Below, piece after piece: positions 9,576 to 17,719 of a stretch of 64,000 nt of DNA. The position numbers and the translations under genes are program-made. Every line of letters begins with the position of its first letter. Within the stretch, counting starts at the first letter, position 1. A model generated the notes under the pieces. It saw nothing but the letters and a program-made list of their open reading frames with translations, did not search any database and was not told where the DNA came from. Source of the stretch: Candidatus Latescibacterota bacterium (GTDB taxonomy: Bacteria > Latescibacterota > UBA2968 > GCA-2709665). The stretch lies in assembly GCA_963667175.2 (NCBI GenBank), contig CAXXXF010000002.1:192001-256000 (forward strand), in the 5' to 3' direction.

Positions 9576-9701
9576 CGTTTCGAGAGTCGGAAGGAATCGG
9601 CTTCGGTAAGTTATCGGCTATCGGACACCGGGCATGATCCAGCGGCGCGGGCTCCCACGCACGGCTTGCCGACGGGCGCCGCCGCCGTCAACGGTTATTT
9701 T

Positions 9702-9998
9702 TCAACTGTCCTTGCGGTAGGTCGTTTCGCCTTCCACTTCGACGGAATCGACGATCGCGACGACGACCGCGTCCACCGGACGGTGTTCGGTCGAGCCGGT
9801 CATTCGAGCGGAACTGCCGCTCGTGCACAGGACCACTTCACTGGTTCCGGCGCCGACGGCGTCGACGGCCACCAGGAAACGATTTGCCGGCTCCAGGGTC
9901 TGAACGTCCAGTGCCTGAACGACCTGGAGCTTGAAGCCTTCAAGGCCCCTGTCTTTCTGGGTGGCGACAACCGTCCCCACCACTTTACCCAGAATCAT
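9702..9998 (-). CDS. eutN: BMC vertex pentamer (EutN/CcmL family)
   Basis: MILGKVVGTVVATQKD...AVDAVGAG...GSSAR...PVDAVVVAIVD. Confidence 0.95.
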   Translation of the reverse strand: MILGKVVGTVVATQKDRGLEGFKLQVVQALDVQTLEPANRFLVAVDAVGAGTSEVVLCTSGSSARMTGSTEHRPVDAVVVAIVDSVEVEGETTYRKDS

Positions 9999-10015
9999 CG
10001 GTTACGCTCAGGGCT

Positions 10016-10297
10016 TCAGGACGATTTGCCAATGGGCAGCACGTCTTCCAGACTGCCGTGGGGGCGCGGAATGACGTGTACGGAAATCAGTTCGCCAATC
10101 TTGCCCGCGGCCGCGGCGCCCGCCTCCGTGGCCGCTTTGACCGCGGCTACGTCGCCACGGACGACGGCGGTCACGTATCCCGCCCCGATCTTCTCCCAGT
10201 TGACGAGCTTCACGTTGGCCGCTTTCACCATGGCGTCGGTCGCCTCGATCATCGCCACCAGACCTCTGGTTTCAATCATGCCAAGGGCTTCACCCAT
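10016..10297 (-). CDS. eutM: BMC-H major shell hexamer (EutM/PduA family)
   Basis: [29 protein letters not shown]...[10 protein letters not shown]...HVIPRPH; GAGGA ribosome-binding site before ATG 10297. Confidence 0.96.
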   Translation of the reverse strand: MGEALGMIETRGLVAMIEATDAMVKAANVKLVNWEKIGAGYVTAVVRGDVAAVKAATEAGAAAAGKIGELISVHVIPRPHGSLEDVLPIGKSS

Positions 10298-10377
10298 CTC
10301 GCGATTCCTCCTCTTTAATGGATTGTCCGACCCGACAAAACGTCGAAGCGCTGCGGGCAGGGCGCCCGCCTGTCTTT

Positions 10378-11808
10378 TCAACGAGAATCGACGTCATTTC
10401 TCTTATAGACGGCAAGCCGGTAGGGTCGGGGGCCGTCGAAGGTCCTGACGCGTTCGTAGGCGTCTCTGAACCAATGCGCGGACGCAATCGGTTCCTCCAG
10501 CGAAGCCCATAATGGATCGTGCAGAATCACATAATCCGGCCGGTACGTCCGGACGGGCCAGGAGACGTCCCCGGCTGCCAGGTGGGGACCGACGGCGGGG
10601 GTGACCAGACCACACAGGTCCACAACGTACCGATCGCTGTAAAACCCCACGATGCCGATTTCCACCATTCCGACGGAAGCCGTCGCCGGTGTATTTTCGG
10701 CAAGCCACTCCCCCGCCGACCTGTAGATCGTGTACCTCGGCTGAGGTTCCCGCCCCAACTGCCTGACGGTGGGGGTGAGTACGGCGATCAGCAGCGGAAT
10801 GCACAGCAACGCGGTTATCCGGACCTCATCAACGCGCCAGACCGGCCGGCGTTCTGCGACCCAACCGGTCAGTGAGACCGTTCCGAGGGCGGTCAGGATC
10901 ATCAGGAGCGGTACCAGCCCCGCGTAATAATTGTAGGCCGCGGGTACGCCCATCGCCCAGTACCCAAGAAAGATGGATACCGGCCATCCCGCGATGAGCA
11001 GAATGCGCCCGTCCAGACTCAAGATCCTTCTGGCGCCCGCGAGCGCCGGAAGGACGAACCAGAGTAACAACGGCGACCATTCAAGGTATCGCCGGCCCGT
11101 ATAGAGGACGCCATGCCATAGCGACCGCCAGAGCCCGCTGGCGCCCATGGCGCGCTTTGCCTCAAGCGTATTCGGAAACGGCGATCCGAAATTCGAGGCC
11201 GCGTACACGGCCCACGCGCCGACAACCGCGGCGAAGACAAGAAGGGGCCGCCATGCCTCTCGTTTGTGCGTCCACAGATGATGGCCCAGGATCAGCCCGG
11301 CGGGAACAAGCCCATCCCCCCGGGTGAGCGTTCCCAGCGCGAGCAACACAGCTGCAAGAATCGGGCGGTTCGAAAAGTAGGCGGCGTAGGCGCCGAATAT
11401 AAGCGCCTGGAACAGAATCAGTTCAAAGCCGAGTACGTCACCGAGGTACGGATTCAGAACCACGAGAATCGCGGCGACAAAACCCGCCGTGTCTTCATTG
11501 AAGCGGGCGAGAATGCGGCCGATCAGCAATCCGAGCGCTCCCAGCGCGGCGCCGCTGAGAAGGGTGCTGAACAGTGGATAGTTCCCGGCAATCCGGCCGG
11601 GCAGAGAAAGGATCAAGGCATAAAGCGGCGCCGTGGTTCCCAGCACCCGTTCGCCTTCGTTATAGAGGAACCCCCGGCCTTCCGCAAGATTTCGCGCATA
11701 TCGGTACGTAATATACGGATCGTCCATCTGCACCCGGTGGAAACAGGCAACCGAAGGGGGCGTCAGGAGCGCGACCACGATGAAGAGCCGGGCGTTGGTC
11801 GAACGCAA
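10378..11808 (-). CDS. GT-C fold multi-pass membrane glycosyltransferase
   Basis: [21 protein letters not shown]...G.T.P loop after the first TM helix, many TM helices, and a C-terminal [15 protein letters not shown] domain. TTG start is uncertain. Confidence 0.85.
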   Translation of the reverse strand: MRSTNARLFIVVALLTPPSVACFHRVQMDDPYITYRYARNLAEGRGFLYNEGERVLGTTAPLYALILSLPGRIAGNYPLFSTLLSGAALGALGLLIGRILARFNEDTAGFVAAILVVLNPYLGDVLGFELILFQALIFGAYAAYFSNRPILAAVLLALGTLTRGDGLVPAGLILGHHLWTHKREAWRPLLVFAAVVGAWAVYAASNFGSPFPNTLEAKRAMGASGLWRSLWHGVLYTGRRYLEWSPLLLWFVLPALAGARRILSLDGRILLIAGWPVSIFLGYWAMGVPAAYNYYAGLVPLLMILTALGTVSLTGWVAERRPVWRVDEVRITALLCIPLLIAVLTPTVRQLGREPQPRYTIYRSAGEWLAENTPATASVGMVEIGIVGFYSDRYVVDLCGLVTPAVGPHLAAGDVSWPVRTYRPDYVILHDPLWASLEEPIASAHWFRDAYERVRTFDGPRPYRLAVYKRNDVDSR

Positions 11809-11988
11809 AAAGCGAATCGGTGCGGCTTTAATGGCCTGAAGAATCCATAGTGACGCCGCTGCGCAGCGGCGGGTGATTCAATCCGACCCGGCAGATATCG
11901 ATTCACCCGAACGGTTGGCGCGCCCGGATCGGCGAAACGGCTTGACGGCATCGTACCGGAATTCGATGGACCGCTGTTCCGAAGCGGT

Positions 11989-12705
11989 TCAGGATTCGAT
12001 CAACGCCCTGCCGCCGCAGACAAGGTCGGCCGCGTTGGCGTCGTCGGTGTCCAGATGGAGTTCGGGCAAATAGCCGGGGTCGATTTTCAGCCTGACGTTT
12101 TCGAAGATCAGTCCCTTTTCGCCGCTGACGCGAGCACGAACGGCGCCGCGCCCCGCAAGTCCCATCTCTTCAACGTCGGCGGGGCGAAGGTGGAGGTGTC
12201 GTACGGCGCGGATCGCGGCGGGTACGGTAAGGGATCCTGCAGGGCCCACAAAAGTGACCCGCTGGGCGCCTCGCAGGTCGCCGGAGTCCCGCACAGGGGG
12301 ATCGAGACCGAGAAAGATGGCGTCCGTTCGGGCCAATTCGACCTGATTGTATTCCCGGGCGGGTCCCAGAATCCGGACGCGCTCGATGGCGCGCAGGCGG
12401 GGCCCGATCACGGAGACGCATTCTTCCGCCGCGTACGCGCCGGGCTGATACAGTACTCGGTGCGGCGTGAGTTCCGATCCGCGCCCGAACAGGACGTCCA
12501 TGGCCTCCCGGTTCAGGTGGCAGTGCCTTGCGGAGACCCCCACCGGGATTTCGAGGTGGCCGTCTCTTCCGTTCTGAACCCTCCCGAGGACTTCTCGGAC
12601 GACGCGGGCGATATCCGGCGACCCGTTGCCGTTCGCGGCCGGCCGCCCTTGTTCGCACAGCTTGCAGTCCGCGCATTCGGAAGCAGGTTTGAATGTCTGT
12701 GCCAT
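11989..12705 (-). CDS. pduL: Phosphate propanoyltransferase (phosphotransacylase) PduL
   Basis: GVSARHCHL, QPGAYAAEE, RILGPAR, QVELARTD, RHLH and LHLDTDDANAA; N-terminal CxxCxxC plus an encapsulation-peptide-like helix. Confidence 0.95.
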   Translation of the reverse strand: MAQTFKPASECADCKLCEQGRPAANGNGSPDIARVVREVLGRVQNGRDGHLEIPVGVSARHCHLNREAMDVLFGRGSELTPHRVLYQPGAYAAEECVSVIGPRLRAIERVRILGPAREYNQVELARTDAIFLGLDPPVRDSGDLRGAQRVTFVGPAGSLTVPAAIRAVRHLHLRPADVEEMGLAGRGAVRARVSGEKGLIFENVRLKIDPGYLPELHLDTDDANAADLVCGGRALIES

Positions 12706-12790
12706 CGGGACGCGGCGCGCGCTCGCTTTCTCTACCGGGCGTGGATGCCGAACGGCGACGTATTTCCCGGACGGGACGAGAATCTGGCGC

Positions 12791-13099
12791 TTACGGGACG
12801 GAAGACTGTGTCGACTCCGGATTCAAGACGCGAATAATAGCAGGTTGAATGCGTAAAGTCAAGGGATTTCGGGGACACGCGCGACCGCCTGAACGCGGGA
12901 GGCCGTACGCTTGACAATTCCCGGGGTTTTGGCGTAACTGCGCGGTTTTATGTCCTTGACAATGAACAACTCGACGCCACCCGACCCGACTGTCGCTGTC
13001 CATAACGTCGATTACGGCGTCGTCCGAAAACTCAATCCACTCTCTGATTTGCCACTGACCCCGTTCTGCTTCCGATAACGCTGTTTCCTTCACCATCAT
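12791..13099 (-). pseudogene. Possible degenerate PAS-domain gene fragment or spurious ORF
   Basis: N-terminal part ETALSEAE...WIEFSDDAVIDVMDSDSRV resembles a PAS-domain start; the rest runs over the BMC promoter. Confidence 0.25.
12834..12862 (-). promoter_or_regulatory. Putative sigma70 promoter of the BMC operon
   Basis: Minus strand TTGACT-N17-TATTAT with an extended -10 TG, about 130 bp upstream of pduL. Confidence 0.6.
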
Positions 13100-13137
13100 G
13101 GATGAATCGGTTGAAGAGAATGGCGGAAGATACAGCG

Positions 13138-13166
13138 TTGACTAGGGTATTGGTATACCGTATATT
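13138..13166 (+). promoter_or_regulatory. Putative sigma70 promoter of the carbamoyltransferase cassette
   Basis: TTGACT-N17-TATATT in an AT-rich intergenic region. Confidence 0.5.
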
Positions 13167-13314
13167 TCATTGCTGTCCAAGAAGAACGTGACGTTTCCGG
13201 CAGTCATCATTGTCAAGACTCTAAGTTAGGTGAGTATTCATGATTGGTGAGCTGCGACGCCGGAGCGCGTGAGGAACATCGGTTTGCAGGCTGCTAACAT
13301 GATTGCGGCGAGGC

Positions 13315-15153
13315 ATGGCGGCGATTCTCGGCATATCGGCCTTCTACCACGACTCGGCGGCGGCGCTTGTCGTCGATGGCGACATTGTGGCGGCCGCCCA
13401 GGAGGAGCGGTTCACCCGTCACAAGCACGATCACGCGTTCCCGATCCACGCCATCCGCTACTGCCTCGACGAGGCGGGGATCCCGCCAGAGAAGCTCGAC
13501 TACGTTGGCTTCTACGAGAAGCCGTTCCTGAAGCTCGAGCGCCTGCTGGAGACCTACCTGGCGTACGCCCCGCGTGGGTTTCGCTCGTTCCTGCGGTTCG
13601 TGCCGCTCTGGACGAAGCAGAAGCTCCATCTGCCGCGCACCATCGCCAGAGGGCTTGCCGGGCGCTACGCGCGGCAGATCGTTTTCACCGAGCACCACGA
13701 GTCGCACGCGGCGAGCGCGTTCTTTCCGTCCCCGTTCGACGAGGCTGCCATCCTCACGATGGACGGCGTAGGTGAGTGGGCCACGACTACGTTCGGGGCG
13801 GGACGGGGCAACCGCGTCGAACTGACACACGAGATCCGTTTTCCGCACTCGCTCGGCCTGCTGTACTCCGCCTTCACCTACTTCACCGGCTTCAAGGTGA
13901 ACTCGGGCGAGTACAAACTGATGGGCCTCGCGCCGTACGGGCAGCCGAGGTACGCCGACCGTATCCTGGAGCGGCTGATCGACCTCAAGCCCGACGGGTC
14001 GTTCCGCCTGGACATGTCGTACTTTGAGTACTGCCAGGGGCTGCGGATGACGTCGCGTCGGTTCGAGAGGCTCTTCGACGGCCCGCCGCGGCGGCCCGAG
14101 GCGACCATCACCGAGCGCGAGATGGACATTGCGGCTTCCATCCAGGCGGTAACCGAAGAGGCCATGCTGCGGGCGGCGCGCCACGTCCACGCCGAGACCG
14201 GGTTGCGCAAGCTTTGCCTGGCCGGCGGTGTGGCGCTCAACTGCGTCGGCAACGGGCGTGTGCTGCGCGAGGGGCCGTTCGACGACGTCTGGATCCAGCC
14301 GGCGGCGGGGGACGCCGGCTGTGCGCTGGGGGTCGCGCTCTTCATCTGGCACCAACTTCTCGACAGTCCCCGAAAGGTCCGGAAACCCGACGCCCAGCAC
14401 GCGTCGCTCCTCGGGCCGCGCGCGACGGACGCCGGCATCCGGGAATTCCTCGCCGGGGTCGGCGCGGTCTACCGGGAGTACCCCGACGACGCCTCGCTCT
14501 GCGACGCGGTGGCCGACCTGTTGGCCCAGGAGCGGGTGGTCGGGTGGTTCCAGGGCCGCATGGAGTTCGGGCCGCGCGCCCTCGGCTCGCGGAGCATCCT
14601 CGGCGACGCCCGCAGCCGCGACATGCAGTCGGTGATGAACCGAAAGATCAAGTTCCGGGAGTCATTCCGCCCGTTCGCGCCGTCTGTGCTGCGGGAGCGG
14701 GCGCACGACTACTTCGAGATGCGTCCGGAGGAGGACAGCCCGTACATGCTGCTCGTGGCGCCCGTGCGCGACGGGCATCGGACGCCGCCGGACGGACGCG
14801 CGAACGCATTGCGCGGTCTCGACAAGCTGAAGGCGTCGCGCTCGGATGTCCCGGCCGTCACCCACGTCGACTACTCGGCCCGGGTGCAGACCGTGGACGC
14901 CGGACGGCACGGACGGTACGCGGCGCTGCTGCGGGCCTTCGAGGCAAAGACCGGCTGCCCGGTCATCATCAATACGAGCTTTAACGTACGTGGGGAGCCG
15001 ATCGTCTGTGCGCCCGAGCACGCCTACCGATGCTTCATGGCGACAAACATGGACGCGCTCGTGCTGGAGCGGTGCGTGCTCCGGAAGGCGGCGCAGACGA
15101 ACGGCGCCGCCGTGGACGCGGACGCCTACCTGGGCGAGTTCACACTGGATTGA
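13315..15153 (+). CDS. O-carbamoyltransferase (NodU/CmcH family, SxtI-like)
   Basis: ILGISAFYHDSAAAL, EERFTR.KHD, EHHESHAASAF, EYKLMGLAPYG, AGGVALNC, GRMEFGPRALG and NTSFNVRGEP. Confidence 0.96.
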   Translation: MAAILGISAFYHDSAAALVVDGDIVAAAQEERFTRHKHDHAFPIHAIRYCLDEAGIPPEKLDYVGFYEKPFLKLERLLETYLAYAPRGFRSFLRFVPLWTKQKLHLPRTIARGLAGRYARQIVFTEHHESHAASAFFPSPFDEAAILTMDGVGEWATTTFGAGRGNRVELTHEIRFPHSLGLLYSAFTYFTGFKVNSGEYKLMGLAPYGQPRYADRILERLIDLKPDGSFRLDMSYFEYCQGLRMTSRRFERLFDGPPRRPEATITEREMDIAASIQAVTEEAMLRAARHVHAETGLRKLCLAGGVALNCVGNGRVLREGPFDDVWIQPAAGDAGCALGVALFIWHQLLDSPRKVRKPDAQHASLLGPRATDAGIREFLAGVGAVYREYPDDASLCDAVADLLAQERVVGWFQGRMEFGPRALGSRSILGDARSRDMQSVMNRKIKFRESFRPFAPSVLRERAHDYFEMRPEEDSPYMLLVAPVRDGHRTPPDGRANALRGLDKLKASRSDVPAVTHVDYSARVQTVDAGRHGRYAALLRAFEAKTGCPVIINTSFNVRGEPIVCAPEHAYRCFMATNMDALVLERCVLRKAAQTNGAAVDADAYLGEFTLD

Positions 15154-15158
15154 CAACC

Positions 15159-15575
15159 ATGGCCCTGCTCGATATCAATCGGCGTCCGAAAGCGAAGGAA
15201 CTCCGATGGTTCGGCGTCCTGTTGGCCGGTTTCGTCGTCGTGGCGGGGGCCTTCGCGTACTGGCGGTTCGAGGCGCCGGCGGCGGCCCGGGTCATCTGGG
15301 TTGGGGGCGCCTCTCTGGCGGCGGTCTATGCCGTGATCCCGGCGCTCCGCCGGTGGGTTTACCTCGGCTGGCTGTACGCGGCGTTCCCAATCGGCTGGAC
15401 CGTCTCGCATCTGCTGCTGGGGGCGACCTACTACCTGGTGCTGACGCCCATCGGCCTTCTGGTACGCTGGACAAAGGGGGATCCGCTGGGACGGACGCTT
15501 GATCGCTCCGCGTCGAGCTACTGGGCGGAGCGCAGGCCGGTCCGGGACGTGCGGCGCTACTTCCGGCAATTCTGA
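15159..15575 (+). CDS. SxtJ-family membrane protein
   Basis: ELRWFG, two to three TM helices, YYLVLTPIG...DPL...SYW and a RQF C-terminus; directly follows the carbamoyltransferase. Confidence 0.88.
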   Translation: MALLDINRRPKAKELRWFGVLLAGFVVVAGAFAYWRFEAPAAARVIWVGGASLAAVYAVIPALRRWVYLGWLYAAFPIGWTVSHLLLGATYYLVLTPIGLLVRWTKGDPLGRTLDRSASSYWAERRPVRDVRRYFRQF

Positions 15576-15613
15576 AGCGGCGTCGAGCGGCTCGGGCGTT
15601 CTCATGCGCATGA

Positions 15614-15661
15614 CCGAACCGGGACGGCCATTGGAACGCTCCGGGACACGAGGTCTGCTTC
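15614..15661 (+). pseudogene. Relic of the 3' end of an SGNH hydrolase gene
   Basis: Encodes DGHWNAPGHEVCF after an in-frame stop; 15628-15661 matches 16802-16835 at 31/34 nt. Confidence 0.55.
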
Positions 15662-15731
15662 CCTGCGCGAACTCGGTCACGGCTGTTTTTGGAGGAATTG
15701 GCAGAGTTCGGTGGGCTTCTCGGGAGCGCGA

Positions 15732-16922
15732 ATGGCAAGTAAAACCGTCGGCCGCCGCCTTTGGACGTTGCGCGCATTGGCAGTGCTGGCGGGATTGTTC
15801 GTCGCCCTCGGCTGTCTCGAAGCGCTGCTGCGGACCCTGCCCGTGTACGATCCACCCCGCCGGACGCGGGTCGACGAAGGGAATCCCGTCCTCCGGTTCG
15901 AGCCCGGTCGGGAATTCCTGTGGTCGAGGGGCTGGGACTTCTCGATGGTCAATAGGGGGAGGACCAACAACGTCGGCTTCGTCAGCGATTTCGACTATCA
16001 ACCGGACGCGGAGGGACCCCTGCTGGCCGTCATCGGTGACAGCTACGTCGAGGCGGCGATGGTGCCCTTCGGCGAAACCTGCGCGGGGCGTCTGGCGCAG
16101 AGGCTGACCGGGAAAGCCCGGGTCTATGCGTTCGGTGTCTCCGGCTCTCCCCTCAGCCAGTACCTGGCGTTCGCCGAGTACGCGCGCGACACGTTCCGCC
16201 CGGTCGGGCTGGCCGTCGTCATCATCGACAACGACTACGACGAGAGCCTCCTCAAGTACCGGCCCGTGCCCGGCTTCCATTACTTCGTCGAGGATGGAGA
16301 CGGCCGTCTCCGCCTCGAACGTGCCGATTTCGAGCGCAGCCTCCTGCATCGGCTCATCAGGGCGTCGGCCCTGGCCCGGTACTTCGCCGGAAACGTGGAC
16401 GTGCGGCGCGGCATCGAGCAGCTTCGCCGTGGGATTGCCGCGACGTGGGAGGAGCTGCTCGGCGGGGAAGCGGAACACGGGCCGGCAGACGCCGCCGGAA
16501 GCGCGTCCGTCGAGGCGGCGCGCGTTACGGATTCGAAGCGTGCGGTCGTCGCGTTCCTCAATCAATTGCCCGAGGCGTCCGGCCTGGATCCGGGGCGCAT
16601 CGTGTTCGTTGTCGACGGCCTGCGCACCCAGTTGTATCGCAAGGACCGGCTGGCGAAGATGGCCGGGACTTTCAGGGACGTGATGCGGCGCTACTTCCTG
16701 GTCGAGGCGCATAGGCGGGGTTATCAGACCGCCGATCTTCAGCCGGCTATGGTCGCGCACTTCCGGGCGTATCGCGAGCGGTTCGAATGGCCCCAGGACA
16801 TCCATTGGAACGCTCTGGGACACGAGCTGTGCTTCGATGCGTTGGTCCGGTCGGAGGTGGTTTCCGTGGAGTCCGAGGGGCCGGGAAGGCCCGCGGGCGC
16901 GCAGCCCGCAGGTTGGGAGTGA
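15732..16922 (+). CDS. SGNH/GDSL hydrolase-family protein, membrane-anchored
   Basis: N-terminal TM helix, IGDSYVE (block I), NDYDES and DIHWNALGH (block V). Confidence 0.88.
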   Translation: MASKTVGRRLWTLRALAVLAGLFVALGCLEALLRTLPVYDPPRRTRVDEGNPVLRFEPGREFLWSRGWDFSMVNRGRTNNVGFVSDFDYQPDAEGPLLAVIGDSYVEAAMVPFGETCAGRLAQRLTGKARVYAFGVSGSPLSQYLAFAEYARDTFRPVGLAVVIIDNDYDESLLKYRPVPGFHYFVEDGDGRLRLERADFERSLLHRLIRASALARYFAGNVDVRRGIEQLRRGIAATWEELLGGEAEHGPADAAGSASVEAARVTDSKRAVVAFLNQLPEASGLDPGRIVFVVDGLRTQLYRKDRLAKMAGTFRDVMRRYFLVEAHRRGYQTADLQPAMVAHFRAYRERFEWPQDIHWNALGHELCFDALVRSEVVSVESEGPGRPAGAQPAGWE

Positions 16923-17028
16923 GGTTGGCGGTAGGATCGACGGAGAGAAGCTGTACCGTACAATCTCGGACTTGCTCGGGACGCGCCGTTGATTCGTCGC
17001 GCAGGTGATCGGATTCGAAAGGAATGGA

Positions 17029-17250
17029 ATGCCAGACGCTCAAGCAGGCGGCGGCGAAGAAAAACGGGGCGGCGAGTTCGCGGCCCAGGCCGACGCGTCG
17101 CGTCCGAGTCTCCTCATCGAGTTGTGGGAGTTCATGGCCGCGAACAAAAAGTGGTGGTTGACCCCGGTGATCCTCGTGCTGCTGTTGGCGGGCGCACTGA
17201 TCATGCTGTCGGGAAGCGCGGCCGCGCCATTCATCTACACGCTGTTCTAG
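17029..17250 (+). CDS. DUF5989 / SxtK-like small membrane protein
   Basis: ELWEFM...KKWWLTP...APFIYTLF signature. Confidence 0.9.
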   Translation: MPDAQAGGGEEKRGGEFAAQADASRPSLLIELWEFMAANKKWWLTPVILVLLLAGALIMLSGSAAAPFIYTLF

Positions 17251-17312
17251 ACCCGGAAATAAGTCGCCTGAATCGGCGGTTGAATGGGGAGGTATTTTTG
17301 GGACAGGACCAG
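17251..17312. repeat. Internally deleted copy of MITE family B
   Basis: CCCGGAAAT..GCCTGAAT is joined to GAATGGGGAGGTATTTTTGGGACAG, matching the two ends of the 25398-25559 element. Confidence 0.6.
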
Positions 17313-17485
17313 CGCGAGACGGGCCCCGGAGGACTCTGACTGTGACGGTCCGCGTCGGGCTCGACACGGGAATGCGTGGCACGCGGCTCATGGATGCGCC
17401 GCGTCCTTTTTCCAGTTTCTTACGAACAGACCGATACCACAACCAATCCCCTTTTTCCTGCCTTCGAAATTTACACTTTTTCCGA

Positions 17486-17566
17486 ACGGCCCGTTGAAAA
17501 AGCCCCTCCGGGCCGCGTCCGGCCCTTGCGGCCGAATGACCGCGTTTCCTGCCGGCGGCAGGCAGG
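17486..17566. repeat. Partial family A end plus CCTGCC...GGCAGG mini-palindrome
   Basis: CGGCCCGTTGAAAAAG resembles the family A TIR; CCTGCCGGCGGCAGGCAGG lies at 17548-17566. Confidence 0.45.
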
Positions 17567-17719
17567 CCCTCCCTCCCCGAATCCCTCCATTTGACGCGGT
17601 CGCGCGTCTTGCCATCGGCCACAGTGACTCGGCCTCGCCTGCAGAGCGCCTCCATCAACGGACTGCTATGGGAGTTCAATTCTTCATTATTCAGATCAGT
17701 CTTCATCGGACGTGACGTC

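Noticed and set aside
3125-12705. Carboxysome, Eut, Pdu or glycyl-radical microcompartment
   Set aside because: No RuBisCO, ethanolamine ammonia-lyase, diol dehydratase or glycyl-radical enzyme; the signature enzyme is a class II aldolase.
15628-16835. Diversity-generating retroelement TR/VR pair
   Set aside because: Only 34 bp, the mismatches are not at adenines, and no reverse transcriptase is in the window.
13315-17250. Saxitoxin biosynthesis cluster
   Set aside because: Only sxtI/J/K-like genes are present; no sxtA, sxtG, sxtB or other core genes are in the window, and the trio occurs outside toxin clusters.
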